From positions 18,559 to 82,558 of the forward strand of contig CAZAKN010000003.1 of assembly GCA_964486065.1 (NCBI GenBank): a DNA stretch of 64,000 nucleotides, written 5' to 3'. This DNA is from an uncultured Gammaproteobacteria bacterium. Lineage in GTDB: Bacteria; Patescibacteriota; Patescibacteriia; UBA11705; JABHMO01. Below the pieces are notes generated by a model. The model saw only the letters and a list, made by a program, of their open reading frames with translations, was not told the origin of the DNA and did no database searches. Position 1 is the first letter of the stretch. Every line of letters begins with the position of its first letter. This document shows, piece by piece, positions 55,553-64,000 of this stretch. The position numbers and the translations under genes were made by a program.

Positions 55553-56302
55553 ATGATTATAAAAGATGAAAAGCAGGTGGCGGAAATCCGTCGCGAGTTG
55601 CAAATTGAAAAAAAACATTGGTACAAAAAATGGTGGGGAATCGGCATTTTGTTGTTTTTGGCGATATTTTTTGTTTTTGTTTCCATCTTTATTTATGAAT
55701 TGGTGAAACTGTATCGTGATTTTGAACAAGGAACTTTATTGCCGGATAAAGAAGCTTTTGAAAGGCAAGCTGATTACGACATGGAAATGTTTATAGACGA
55801 AAGAGTGCCGGTTTTGGGGACCGAAGACGCGCCCATTAAAATAATTGAGTTCGGTGATTTTAATTGTCCGTATTGCAAGCAAGCGGCCGGACATTTGCGC
55901 AAAATCATGAATAAGTATCCGGATCAAGTGAAAGTATATTGGTTAAATATGCCGGTGGTGACCGAAGCTTCTTTTTTGTTGGCGGCCGGCGGAGTATGCG
56001 CTCATGCTCAAGATAAATTTTGGTCGTATCATGACGCCTTATTGGATCATAGTGGAGAATCAACAGCTGAAGACATGGTGGATTTGGCCTTTGATTTAAA
56101 TATGGATGCTGAAAAATGGGATGAATGCATTACTCATAAATTAACTATAGCAAAAGTTCGCAAAGATTTATATTTATCCGAAGATGTGGACGCTCAAGGC
56201 ACTCCGACTTTTTTAATCAACGGCGTTAAAGTCGCCGGAGTGGTGACTTTGGCCAAATGGGAAGAGTTGGTGGAATTATTGTTAACCGTTTATGATCAAT
56301 AA
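55553..56302 (+). CDS. membrane-anchored DsbA-like thiol:disulfide oxidoreductase
   Basis: TM helix plus thioredoxin fold with CPYC active site (FGDFNCPYCKQ). Confidence 0.8.
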   Translation: MIIKDEKQVAEIRRELQIEKKHWYKKWWGIGILLFLAIFFVFVSIFIYELVKLYRDFEQGTLLPDKEAFERQADYDMEMFIDERVPVLGTEDAPIKIIEFGDFNCPYCKQAAGHLRKIMNKYPDQVKVYWLNMPVVTEASFLLAAGGVCAHAQDKFWSYHDALLDHSGESTAEDMVDLAFDLNMDAEKWDECITHKLTIAKVRKDLYLSEDVDAQGTPTFLINGVKVAGVVTLAKWEELVELLLTVYDQ

Positions 56303-56834
56303 TATGAAACAAATAAGAATTCACGGCCGAGGCGGACAGGGAGCGGTAACCGCTGCTGAACTTTTGGCACAAGCGGCTTTTTCCGAAGGTAAGTTTGTAC
56401 AGGCTTTTCCGAATTTCGGAGTGGAAAGACGCGGTGCGCCGGTAAAAGCTTTTGTCAGGATTTCAGGAAAAGAAATATTGGCTCGTGATCAAGTCTATTT
56501 TCCGGATTATTTAATCATACAAGATGAAACGCTTTTGTTAAATGAAAGTGAAGTTTTGCAAGGAACGGAAAAAGCCGAGATGATTATTATTAATTGTGAA
56601 ACAAGTGATTTGCCGAAAGCCGTTTGCGTACCCGCCACCAAGATCGCATTGGAAGAAATCGGTAAGCCGTTTATCAATACGCCGATGCTCGGAGCTTTTG
56701 CCGCGGCCACAGGTTTAATCAAACCGAAATCATTGGAAAAGGTATTTATGGATAGATTCCAAGGAGAAATTTTGCGGAAAAATATAAAAGCCATGAAAAG
56801 AGCTTATGATTATGTTAAATCTTTAAATTTATGA
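56292..56834 (+). CDS. porG: 2-oxoacid:ferredoxin oxidoreductase gamma subunit
   Basis: IRIHGRGGQGAVTAAELL. Confidence 0.85.
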   Translation: MINNMKQIRIHGRGGQGAVTAAELLAQAAFSEGKFVQAFPNFGVERRGAPVKAFVRISGKEILARDQVYFPDYLIIQDETLLLNESEVLQGTEKAEMIIINCETSDLPKAVCVPATKIALEEIGKPFINTPMLGAFAAATGLIKPKSLEKVFMDRFQGEILRKNIKAMKRAYDYVKSLNL

Positions 56835-57097
56835 AAATACCTTTACACGCCGACCCCGGTTCGTCTAAAGAAAATAAAACCGGCAATTGGCGCACATTTA
56901 AACCAGTAATTGATCATGATAAATGCATCGCTTGCGGGAATTGTTCCAGAGTTTGTCCGGAAGGTTGCGTTTTTCCCGCGGGAGGTAAAGCCTTGCAGGG
57001 GAAAATTTATTATGAAAAAGATTTGGATTATTGCAAGGGGTGCGGTCTTTGTGCGGAAGAGTGTCCGGTTAAATGTATTACCATGGAAAGGGAATAA
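56831..57097 (+). CDS. porD: 2-oxoacid:ferredoxin oxidoreductase delta subunit (2x[4Fe-4S] ferredoxin)
   Basis: CIACGNCSRVCP and CKGCGLCAEECP. Confidence 0.85.
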   Translation: MKIPLHADPGSSKENKTGNWRTFKPVIDHDKCIACGNCSRVCPEGCVFPAGGKALQGKIYYEKDLDYCKGCGLCAEECPVKCITMERE

Positions 57098-57111
57098 TAA
57101 TTTTCAATCAC

Positions 57112-58251
57112 ATGAAAAAATGTCTTGAAGGTTCAAAAGCGATAGCGGAAACGATTAATGCTTGCCGACCGGAAGTGGTGACGGCTTATCCGATTACTCC
57201 GCAAACGCATATCGTGGAAAACTTGTCGCAATATTACGCTGACGGTAAAGCCGATTTTAAATTTGTTCGCGCGGAAAGTGAATTCGCGGCCGCTTCAATC
57301 GTTTTAGGTGGAAGCGCGGCCGGCGCCAGAACATATACAGCCACCAGTTCGCAAGGTTTGCTTCTCATGACGGAGGTTGTTTTTACAATTTCCGGAATGC
57401 GTTTGCCGGTGGTTTTAACTTGCGCGAACAGAGCGATTTCCGCGCCGATTAATATTTGGAACGATCATCAAGATATTATGACCGTGCGTGACGCTGGTTG
57501 GCTGATTTTATTTGCCGAGAATAATCAAGAGGCGGTAGATTTTCATCCGATAGCGTTTAAGGTTGCCGAGCAATTGAAAATACCGGTTATGGTGGCGGTG
57601 GACGGATTTATTCTAACTCATACGGTGGAAGGAGTTGAATTGCCGAGTCAAAATCAATTGAAAAAATATTTACCCAAGTATAAGCCCGCCGCAGGCGAAT
57701 ATCTGGATGTAAACAATCCGGTTTCTTTGGGAGCTTTTGCCACGCCGGAACATTATCAAGAAATCAGACAAGATTTGCATGAAGATATATTGAGCGCTGA
57801 AAAAGTTTTGAAAAAAGAATTGGCGGAATATAAAAAAATTACCGGCCGAGGGAAAAAGGATTTGGTGGAATACTCTGGGCATAAAAAGCCGAAAGTGGTG
57901 TTCGTGGCAATGGGCGCGGTGGTTGGCACGGTTAAGCAAGCGGTGAACGAGTTAAACGCGGCAGGAGGGAAAGCCGGAGTTTTAAAAGTTAAATGTTTTC
58001 GGCCGTTTCCGGCAAAAGAAATACAACAAAAAGTCGGTAAATATGAACAAATCGTGGTTTTGGACAAGGATGTGTCTTTAGGAAGCGGGGGAATATTGTT
58101 CACTGAGATAAACAGTGCGTTGGCCGACAGTAAAGCTCAAGTAAAAGGAGTAATTTCAGGTTTGGGTGGTAGAGATATTACTGTTGGAAAAATCAAGGAA
58201 ATTTATAAAAAAGCGAAAACCATGAAAAAATCGCCAAGTTTTATCGCCTGA
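57112..58251 (+). CDS. porA: 2-oxoacid:ferredoxin oxidoreductase alpha subunit
   Basis: POR alpha family sequence; start at MKKCLEGSKAIAE. Confidence 0.85.
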   Translation: MKKCLEGSKAIAETINACRPEVVTAYPITPQTHIVENLSQYYADGKADFKFVRAESEFAAASIVLGGSAAGARTYTATSSQGLLLMTEVVFTISGMRLPVVLTCANRAISAPINIWNDHQDIMTVRDAGWLILFAENNQEAVDFHPIAFKVAEQLKIPVMVAVDGFILTHTVEGVELPSQNQLKKYLPKYKPAAGEYLDVNNPVSLGAFATPEHYQEIRQDLHEDILSAEKVLKKELAEYKKITGRGKKDLVEYSGHKKPKVVFVAMGAVVGTVKQAVNELNAAGGKAGVLKVKCFRPFPAKEIQQKVGKYEQIVVLDKDVSLGSGGILFTEINSALADSKAQVKGVISGLGGRDITVGKIKEIYKKAKTMKKSPSFIA

Positions 58252-58252
58252 T

Positions 58253-59641
58253 ATGATAATGCGAAAAAAAACAACTAAAAGAATAATATTGATCGCAAGT
58301 TTGGTTTTTTTAGTGGTTGGTGCATTTTCAATTATGATTGACAACTTGATTAAGCCTGTTTCAGCTCAAGATGATTCCTCATTGATTAACGATCCACGTG
58401 AATATAAATTGCGAGTGCCCATAGGTGATTTGCAAAAATTAGAATTAGAAGATGAACCGGGAGAACAGGAATGTAAGCATTATAAAGGCGGTAAATGTTA
58501 TCAAATTCCTTGGATTGCTCAGTATATTCAGGCATGGTATAAATACGCTTTGATAATCGGATCAATTTTGGCCGTAGTGTCTTTCATTGTCGGAGGAGCC
58601 ATGTATATTTTCGGAGGCATGAGTCAAAGCATGGTAACCAGAGCCAAAGAATTGATTATCGGTTCTTTGAGCGGTTTGTTATTGTTGCTAGGTTCATACA
58701 CTTTATTGCATACGATTAATCCGAATTTAGTAGACTTAACTCCCATAGAAATACCGGTTTTGAAAGGGATGTTGCAACCGCCGGAATTTTGCGAAGATAT
58801 TAATTCAGAAGATTATAAACATCATGATAAAATAGATATTTTGCAAAATGAACAACAACAACAATTTCCCCAAGGAGCGGGATGTAATACGGTTTATAAA
58901 ATTGAGTTAAATGAAAAAGGAAAAGAAGATTTTGATTTAGCGAATAATTCATGTGTTTCCAATAAATGTGAAAACCCTCAGAAAGCTTGTGTTGGGCAGA
59001 ACGGTAGCTTTAGTTGTATGGAGGTTTTGCTTGCCGGAGGAATTACTTTTCCAACTGCCATAAGTGAAGAGCTAACTCCATATATTGATGAAATGAAACT
59101 CCAAGGGACAATGGCAAATGAAAGCTATGATATAATCATGGATACGAACAAAAAATCATATTTTTTGGCGGAGGAAAAAGAGAAATTAACTTCAAATTAT
59201 TTTTATTTGGAAGTGGAAATAAATGATCCGGGATGGGACTTCAAAAAACAAGGTTCATTGGATGAAAAAATTAAAGAGCAATTAAAAGCTTATGTGAAAG
59301 CTACTGAAGACGATCATTATCGTTTGGACAAACAAGGGAATTATATAATTATGAATCCGGCTGAATCAGCTTGTTGTACAGTAAAATGCGTTAATGGTGG
59401 TCCGCATTATTTTGAAGGCTGTAAGTTGTTCAAAAATAATGATTTTGATAGAAGTGTAAATTTCAGTATTAACACGGAAAACTATTTTTGTGGAGGATTT
59501 CCCCTGGCTGAATTGGTAGAGGCCAGAAGAGAATTAACCAAAGGGACAATAACCTCATTATTTTCTTCGTTGGGGATTGATGTGGGAGGTGCTTATTGTG
59601 AATCGTCAACCGGACAAAAATATTGGGGAAATGTTGAATAA
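58253..59641 (+). CDS. cysteine-rich membrane protein (signal peptide, TM hairpin, ~300-aa Cys-rich ectodomain) inserted between porA and porB
   Basis: Signal peptide ending VSAQ; two adjacent TM helices (YALIIGSILAVVSFIVGGAMYIF / LIIGSLSGLLLLLGSYTLL); ~20 Cys downstream. Confidence 0.55.
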   Translation: MIMRKKTTKRIILIASLVFLVVGAFSIMIDNLIKPVSAQDDSSLINDPREYKLRVPIGDLQKLELEDEPGEQECKHYKGGKCYQIPWIAQYIQAWYKYALIIGSILAVVSFIVGGAMYIFGGMSQSMVTRAKELIIGSLSGLLLLLGSYTLLHTINPNLVDLTPIEIPVLKGMLQPPEFCEDINSEDYKHHDKIDILQNEQQQQFPQGAGCNTVYKIELNEKGKEDFDLANNSCVSNKCENPQKACVGQNGSFSCMEVLLAGGITFPTAISEELTPYIDEMKLQGTMANESYDIIMDTNKKSYFLAEEKEKLTSNYFYLEVEINDPGWDFKKQGSLDEKIKEQLKAYVKATEDDHYRLDKQGNYIIMNPAESACCTVKCVNGGPHYFEGCKLFKNNDFDRSVNFSINTENYFCGGFPLAELVEARRELTKGTITSLFSSLGIDVGGAYCESSTGQKYWGNVE

Positions 59642-59647
59642 AACCAT

Positions 59648-60541
59648 ATGAAATATAAAATGCCATTTAATCATTTAATAAATCCCGGACATAGCGCTTG
59701 CGCAGGTTGCGGAGAGCTTTTGGCTATGCGTCATGTTTTAAACTCGGCCGGAACAAATACCATAGTAACCAATGCGACGGGTTGTTCGGAAGTTACGACT
59801 TCGCAATATCCGCGATCAGCTTTTAAAACTCCATGGATACATGCTAATTTTGAAAACGCGGTTCCCGTGGCTTCGGGAATTTTGGCGGCTTTGGAGCAAA
59901 AGAAAAAAAATAAGGGCGTGAATATTATTGCTTTTGGTGGCGATGGCGCGACTTTTGATATCGGCATGGGGCATTTATCGGGAATGTGGGCCAGAGGTGA
60001 AAATATTTTGTATGTTTGTTTTGATAATGAAGCATATATGAATACGGGGGAACAAGCCAGTGGCTCCACGGCCAAAAACGCGGGAACCACGACTACACCG
60101 GCGGGAAAAGAAAGTCTGGGCAATGATAAAAACAAAAAAAATATGCCTCAAATAGCTTTGGCTCATAATTGCGCTTATGTGGCCACCGCCACGGTGGGGA
60201 ATATTATTGATATTCAAAACAAAGTGAAAAAAGCCTTAACCGTGCCCGGTCCGAAGTATTTGCAAATATTATGTTCTTGCGTGCCCGGCTGGAAAATAGA
60301 AAGCCAAAATTCAGTTAAAGTCGCCAAACTGGCGCAACAGACCGCGCTTTACCCGGTGCTTGAATATATTGACGGGAAATTAACCAAGGTGGATAAATGT
60401 CCCAAACCCAGACCGAAAGTTACGGAATATTTAAAACTGCAGGGAAGATTTAAACATTTATTCAAATCTGCGGAGGGTAAACGAGGAATTCAAGAGCTTC
60501 AGCAAATAGCGGATATGAACGCGGCCAAATACGGATTGTAG
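59648..60541 (+). CDS. porB: 2-oxoacid:ferredoxin oxidoreductase beta subunit (TPP-binding)
   Basis: GCGE..., GDG-(x)n-N TPP motif (GGDGATFDIG...FDNEAYMNTG). Confidence 0.85.
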   Translation: MKYKMPFNHLINPGHSACAGCGELLAMRHVLNSAGTNTIVTNATGCSEVTTSQYPRSAFKTPWIHANFENAVPVASGILAALEQKKKNKGVNIIAFGGDGATFDIGMGHLSGMWARGENILYVCFDNEAYMNTGEQASGSTAKNAGTTTTPAGKESLGNDKNKKNMPQIALAHNCAYVATATVGNIIDIQNKVKKALTVPGPKYLQILCSCVPGWKIESQNSVKVAKLAQQTALYPVLEYIDGKLTKVDKCPKPRPKVTEYLKLQGRFKHLFKSAEGKRGIQELQQIADMNAAKYGL

Positions 60542-60554
60542 TAATTTTCAAATA

Positions 60555-60590
60555 ATCAAGAACTTTCAGCTTCGGTTGAAAGTTTTTTTT
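60555..60590 (+). terminator. intrinsic terminator (aactttcagc-ttcg-gttgaaagtt-tttttt)
   Basis: Hairpin plus T7. Confidence 0.75.
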
Positions 60591-60609
60591 ATTCTTCCCG
60601 CGTTCTCCA

Positions 60610-60638
60610 TTGACCGAACCGAATTACATTGCTATAAT
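60610..60638 (+). promoter_or_regulatory. promoter TTGACC-17-TATAAT for uvrA
   Basis: Read from the sequence. Confidence 0.55.
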
Positions 60639-60690
60639 GGCAGGCAAGCATGCCGACAAGAATATGGGTTTAAAAATCATTATTTAATTT

Positions 60691-63552
60691 ATGTCAAAAA
60701 AGATCAGCATCAAAGGAGCCAAAGTCAATAATTTAAAAAACATTGATTTGGAAATACCGAGGAATAAAATGGTGGTGATTACGGGATTGTCTGGTTCGGG
60801 CAAATCATCTTTGGCTTTTGATACTATATACGCGGAAGGACAAAGGCGCTATGTGGAAAGCCTGTCTTCATACGCGAAGCAGTTTTTGGATGTAAAAGAC
60901 AAGCCCGATGTTGATCAAATTACCGGTTTATCTCCGGCGATAGCTATTGACCAAAGATATAGTGCGCAAAATCCGCGTTCCACGGTGGGGACGATTACTG
61001 AAATATATGATTTGCTAAGACTTATGTTCACTCGTATTGGGCATCCGCATTGTCCGAAATGCGGTTTGGCTGTAGCTAGACAAACCGAGGAAGAAATCGT
61101 TAATAAAATTTGGAAATTCGGTAAAGGCGTTAATGTGACGATTTTGGCGCCCGTGGTCAGAGGCCAGAAAGGGAATCAGAAAAAAGTTTTTCAAGAAATA
61201 AAAAAAGCCAGATATTATCAGGTCCGAGTTGACGGGATGATGTATGATATTGAAGAAACCGCCAAACTTAATTTGGACAAGCATAAAAGCCATACGGTGG
61301 AAGTGGTGGTGGATAGAATCCTTTTGGATAATGACAAAGAAACAAAAAAACAACTTTTGGAGGGGATTAAAATCGCCGCGGATCTGGGCAATGGGATGAT
61401 TACGGTTTTGCGTTCGGATATGTCCGGCGATATTTTGTTTAGCCAATTTTATACTTGCCCTTCATGCAACATTGACTTGCCGGAAATAGAATTGCGGAGT
61501 TTTTCTTTCAATTCTCCTTTTGGCGCGTGTCCGGTTTGTTCCGGTTTGGGGACAAAAAAAGAAGTTGACCCCATTTTGGTTATCAGTAATCCTCGTTTGA
61601 CTATCGCCGAAGGTGCCATTAAACCTTGGACGAAAATATTCGCCAATCAAGGGGCAATGTGGGAATTAATGAAAATCGTGGCGCGAAAAAATAAATTTTC
61701 TCTAGATGTGCCGGTTTCCGAGTTGAATAAAAAAGCTTTGAAAATCGTGTTATATGGCACGGGAGAAAAAGAATATGAAGTCGGTTCAAATGTGATGATG
61801 TTTGAAGGCATTGTGCCACTTTTGGAAAAGAAATACAGTCAAACCGATTCGGATTATATAAAAAAAGAAATTGAAAGATATATGCGCAGTCATGTGTGTC
61901 CGGCTTGTCATGGCAAAAGATTGAAAAAGGAAAGTTTGGCGGTAACGGTGGGAGGTTTATCCATTATTGATTATACGGATGCTGCCGTGGTTGATTTAAA
62001 AGACATGATCAATGAACTTTTGCAAAGTTTGAATAAAAAAAATCAAACGGCATTTAAATATATCAAAGAGTCTTTGCGAGAAGATGAATATAAAGTGGCC
62101 GGCACGATTATTAAAGAAATTGAAATCAGAGTTGGATTTTTGGAAAATGTGGGTCTGGGCTATTTATCTCTCGGGCGTTCGGCGAACACTTTGTCCGGAG
62201 GAGAAACTCAAAGAATCCGTTTGGCCACGCAATTGGGATCTTCTTTGTCGGAAGTGATTTATGTTTTGGATGAACCTTCAATCGGATTGCATTCGGCGGA
62301 CAACCAAAGATTGATTGACACACTCAGTGAATTACGCGACAAGGGAAATACGGTAATCGTGGTGGAACATGATGAAGCGATTATGAAAAGCGCTGATTAT
62401 ATTTTTGACATTGGGCCGGGAGCTGGGATTTACGGCGGAGAAGTGGTAGCTCACGGAACTTTGGAACAAATTGAAAATAATGAAAAATCATTGACTGGAA
62501 AATATTTAAAAGGAGAAGCGGTAATTGAATTTATTAAAAAAGGAAAGCGGGGCAAAGGAAAATTTATTGAAATCAAAGGAGCCAACGCGCATAATCTGCG
62601 AAATATTGATGTAAAAATTCCGCTCGGTAAATTGGTGACCATAACGGGCGTTTCAGGATCGGGTAAGTCAACTTTGATGTCCGGAATTTTGGCCAAAGCG
62701 GTGGCGCGACATTTTTACAAAGCCAAAGATTTACCCGGAGAACATAAAGAGATAATAGGCTTTGAAAATTTGGATAAAGTCATTTCAATTGATCAAACAC
62801 CGATCGGACGCACACCGCGTTCCAATCCGGCGACTTATACCGGCGTCTTTACCTATATCCGCGATTTATTCGCTCAAGTGCCGGAAGCCAAAATAAAAGG
62901 TTTTGATGCCGGACAATTCAGCTTCAATGTTAAAGGCGGTCGCTGTGAAGCTTGCGGAGGTGATGGTTTTATTAAAATTGAAATGAAATTTTTACCGGAT
63001 GTGTATGTGGAATGTTCGGAATGCAAAGGACGCAGATATAATAAAGAAACTTTGGAAGTGCATTACCGAGGCAAAAATATTTCCGATGTTTTAAGCATGA
63101 CGGTTACCGAAGCTAAAGATTTTTTCAATGATGTGCCGATTTTAAAAGAAAAATTAACCACCTTGGAAGAAGTTGGTTTGGGTTATATTACCTTGGGACA
63201 GCCGGCCACGACTTTGTCGGGAGGGGAGGCGCAACGCATTAAATTGGCTACGGAATTGTCAAAGTACGCCACTGGAAAAACTTTGTATATTTTGGATGAA
63301 CCGACTACGGGATTGCATTTTGAAGATATTAAAAAATTGCTTGGAATATTGAATAAATTGGTGGACAAAGGAAATACCGTGCTTATTATTGAACATAATC
63401 TGGATGTGATAAAAAACAGTGATTGGATAATTGACATGGGACCTGGTGGTGGCGATAAAGGCGGTTTGATTGTGGCGGAAGGAACGCCAGAACAAGTTGT
63501 TCAAGTTGAAGATTCGCAAACCGGAGCGTATTTAAAACAAGTTCTTAAATAA
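60691..63552 (+). CDS. uvrA: excinuclease ABC subunit A
   Basis: Two ABC ATPase modules ([18 protein letters not shown]) and zinc fingers (CPKC, CPAC, CEAC, CSEC). Confidence 0.95.
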   Translation: MSKKISIKGAKVNNLKNIDLEIPRNKMVVITGLSGSGKSSLAFDTIYAEGQRRYVESLSSYAKQFLDVKDKPDVDQITGLSPAIAIDQRYSAQNPRSTVGTITEIYDLLRLMFTRIGHPHCPKCGLAVARQTEEEIVNKIWKFGKGVNVTILAPVVRGQKGNQKKVFQEIKKARYYQVRVDGMMYDIEETAKLNLDKHKSHTVEVVVDRILLDNDKETKKQLLEGIKIAADLGNGMITVLRSDMSGDILFSQFYTCPSCNIDLPEIELRSFSFNSPFGACPVCSGLGTKKEVDPILVISNPRLTIAEGAIKPWTKIFANQGAMWELMKIVARKNKFSLDVPVSELNKKALKIVLYGTGEKEYEVGSNVMMFEGIVPLLEKKYSQTDSDYIKKEIERYMRSHVCPACHGKRLKKESLAVTVGGLSIIDYTDAAVVDLKDMINELLQSLNKKNQTAFKYIKESLREDEYKVAGTIIKEIEIRVGFLENVGLGYLSLGRSANTLSGGETQRIRLATQLGSSLSEVIYVLDEPSIGLHSADNQRLIDTLSELRDKGNTVIVVEHDEAIMKSADYIFDIGPGAGIYGGEVVAHGTLEQIENNEKSLTGKYLKGEAVIEFIKKGKRGKGKFIEIKGANAHNLRNIDVKIPLGKLVTITGVSGSGKSTLMSGILAKAVARHFYKAKDLPGEHKEIIGFENLDKVISIDQTPIGRTPRSNPATYTGVFTYIRDLFAQVPEAKIKGFDAGQFSFNVKGGRCEACGGDGFIKIEMKFLPDVYVECSECKGRRYNKETLEVHYRGKNISDVLSMTVTEAKDFFNDVPILKEKLTTLEEVGLGYITLGQPATTLSGGEAQRIKLATELSKYATGKTLYILDEPTTGLHFEDIKKLLGILNKLVDKGNTVLIIEHNLDVIKNSDWIIDMGPGGGDKGGLIVAEGTPEQVVQVEDSQTGAYLKQVLK

Positions 63553-63583
63553 AAAAAATCCCCCGCGCGGGGGATTTTTTATT
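63553..63583. terminator. bidirectional terminator (aaaaaaaatcccccgcgcgggggatttttt)
   Basis: Perfect GC hairpin with flanking A/T runs. Confidence 0.8.
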
Positions 63584-63586
63584 TAG

Positions 63587-64000
63587 TTATTTATCTTGAT
63601 TTAAAATGATATTGGCGGTGATCCGACCGCTTTCATAGATGGTCGGCAAGCCACTACCGGGATTGGTACCACCTCCCACCAAATATTGATTTTTCCCCAA
63701 GTTGTTGTGCGGTCGGAAATAAAGCATTTGGTTTAGTGAATGCGCCAAGTTGAAAGTCGCTCCCAGAAAAACATTGTAATCTTTTTCCCAATCTTGTGGT
63801 GTGATGACAATCTCCGTTTTAATATGATCGGCCACATTAAAGCCGGTTTTTTGTTTAATCTTGTCCAAGACCAAATCGCGAAAAGCTGATTTTTCCTTTT
63901 GCCAATCAATCTTTGATTTATTGTTCGGCACGGGTACCAAAACATAAATATTGGACATGCCTTCCGGCGCTAGAGAATCATCTATCGGCGAAGCGTTTCT
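63587..64000 (-). CDS. FAD-dependent oxidoreductase (phytoene desaturase / amine oxidase-like), C-terminal part; gene runs off the window end
   Basis: C-terminal FAD-binding signature YLVGGGTNPGSGLP. Reading frame stays open from 63958 to 64000. Confidence 0.55.
   Translation of the reverse strand, partial: RNASPIDDSLAPEGMSNIYVLVPVPNNKSKIDWQKEKSAFRDLVLDKIKQKTGFNVADHIKTEIVITPQDWEKDYNVFLGATFNLAHSLNQMLYFRPHNNLGKNQYLVGGGTNPGSGLPTIYESGRITANIILNQDK

Noticed and set aside
60616-60650. Possible LexA/Cheo-like operator (gaaccgaattac) and palindrome gcaagcatgc near the uvrA promoter.
   Set aside because: It has two mismatches to GAAC-N4-GTTC. CPR genomes frequently lack LexA. It overlaps the promoter spacer, so similarity is likely fortuitous.
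1-64000. CRISPR arrays, integrase/transposase genes, prophage blocks.
   Set aside because: No regularly spaced short direct repeats, no recombinase-like ORFs and no terminal inverted repeats were seen. The only large repeats are the in-frame tandem duplications within 7975-9396.

Overview
This is a low-GC window (roughly 35-40% GC by eye) with compact gene spacing, resembling a reduced Candidate Phyla Radiation/Patescibacteria-type genome. No tRNA, rRNA or CRISPR was found; one RNase P RNA gene (minus strand, about 49384-49688) was recognised that the ORF track misses.

Core content:
- Positions 22.1-38.7 kb hold a fused str-S10-spc ribosomal superoperon: rpsL, rpsG, fusA, an orphan 101-aa ORF, tuf, rpsJ, rplC, rplD, rplW, rplB, rpsS, rplV, rpsC, rplP, rpmC, rpsQ, rplN, rplX, rplE, rpsZ, rpsH, rplF, rplR, rpsE, rplO, secY, map. 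L30 is absent. adk and the infA-rpmJ-rpsM-rpsK-rpsD-rpoA-rplQ block are also absent; ruvX and recO follow map instead.
- Other recognisable genes: ruvA, a FemAB-family transferase, an ATP-grasp ligase, an M20 peptidase, a TrmH-family methyltransferase, a split ComEC (channel gene plus a separate MBL-domain gene), an NYN-domain protein, ndk, chorismate mutase, DAHP synthase, a metallophosphoesterase, a vWA membrane protein, rpmB, an M50 protease, an orphan receiver domain, trpS, RNase J, an OppA-like binding protein, secG, a DsbA-like protein, porGDAB, uvrA.
- A cell-envelope glycan locus spans 39.7-49.3 kb: two giant membrane proteins (one with a histone-like tail and a DUF4012-like ectodomain), three GT4 glycosyltransferases and a WbaP-like sugar transferase.

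Most unusual candidates:
- A pair of GC-rich, cysteine-rich lipoprotein paralogs with twin consensus promoters flanking an orphan 419-aa protein (13.8-16.9 kb).
- A 462-aa cysteine-rich membrane protein with VirB2/TrbC-like topology inserted between porA and porB.
- A FemAB / ATP-grasp / M20 peptide-metabolism cluster with a leader terminator.
- A GC-anomalous MBL-hydrolase islet (12.0-13.1 kb).
- An NYN nuclease plus K-rich partner.
- Lineage-specific K/E-rich tails on L3, L22, L23 and S5, and a Cys4 zinc-ribbon form of L24.

Several sigma70-like promoters (TTGACA-17-TATAAT class) and many intrinsic terminators are readable directly in the sequence.
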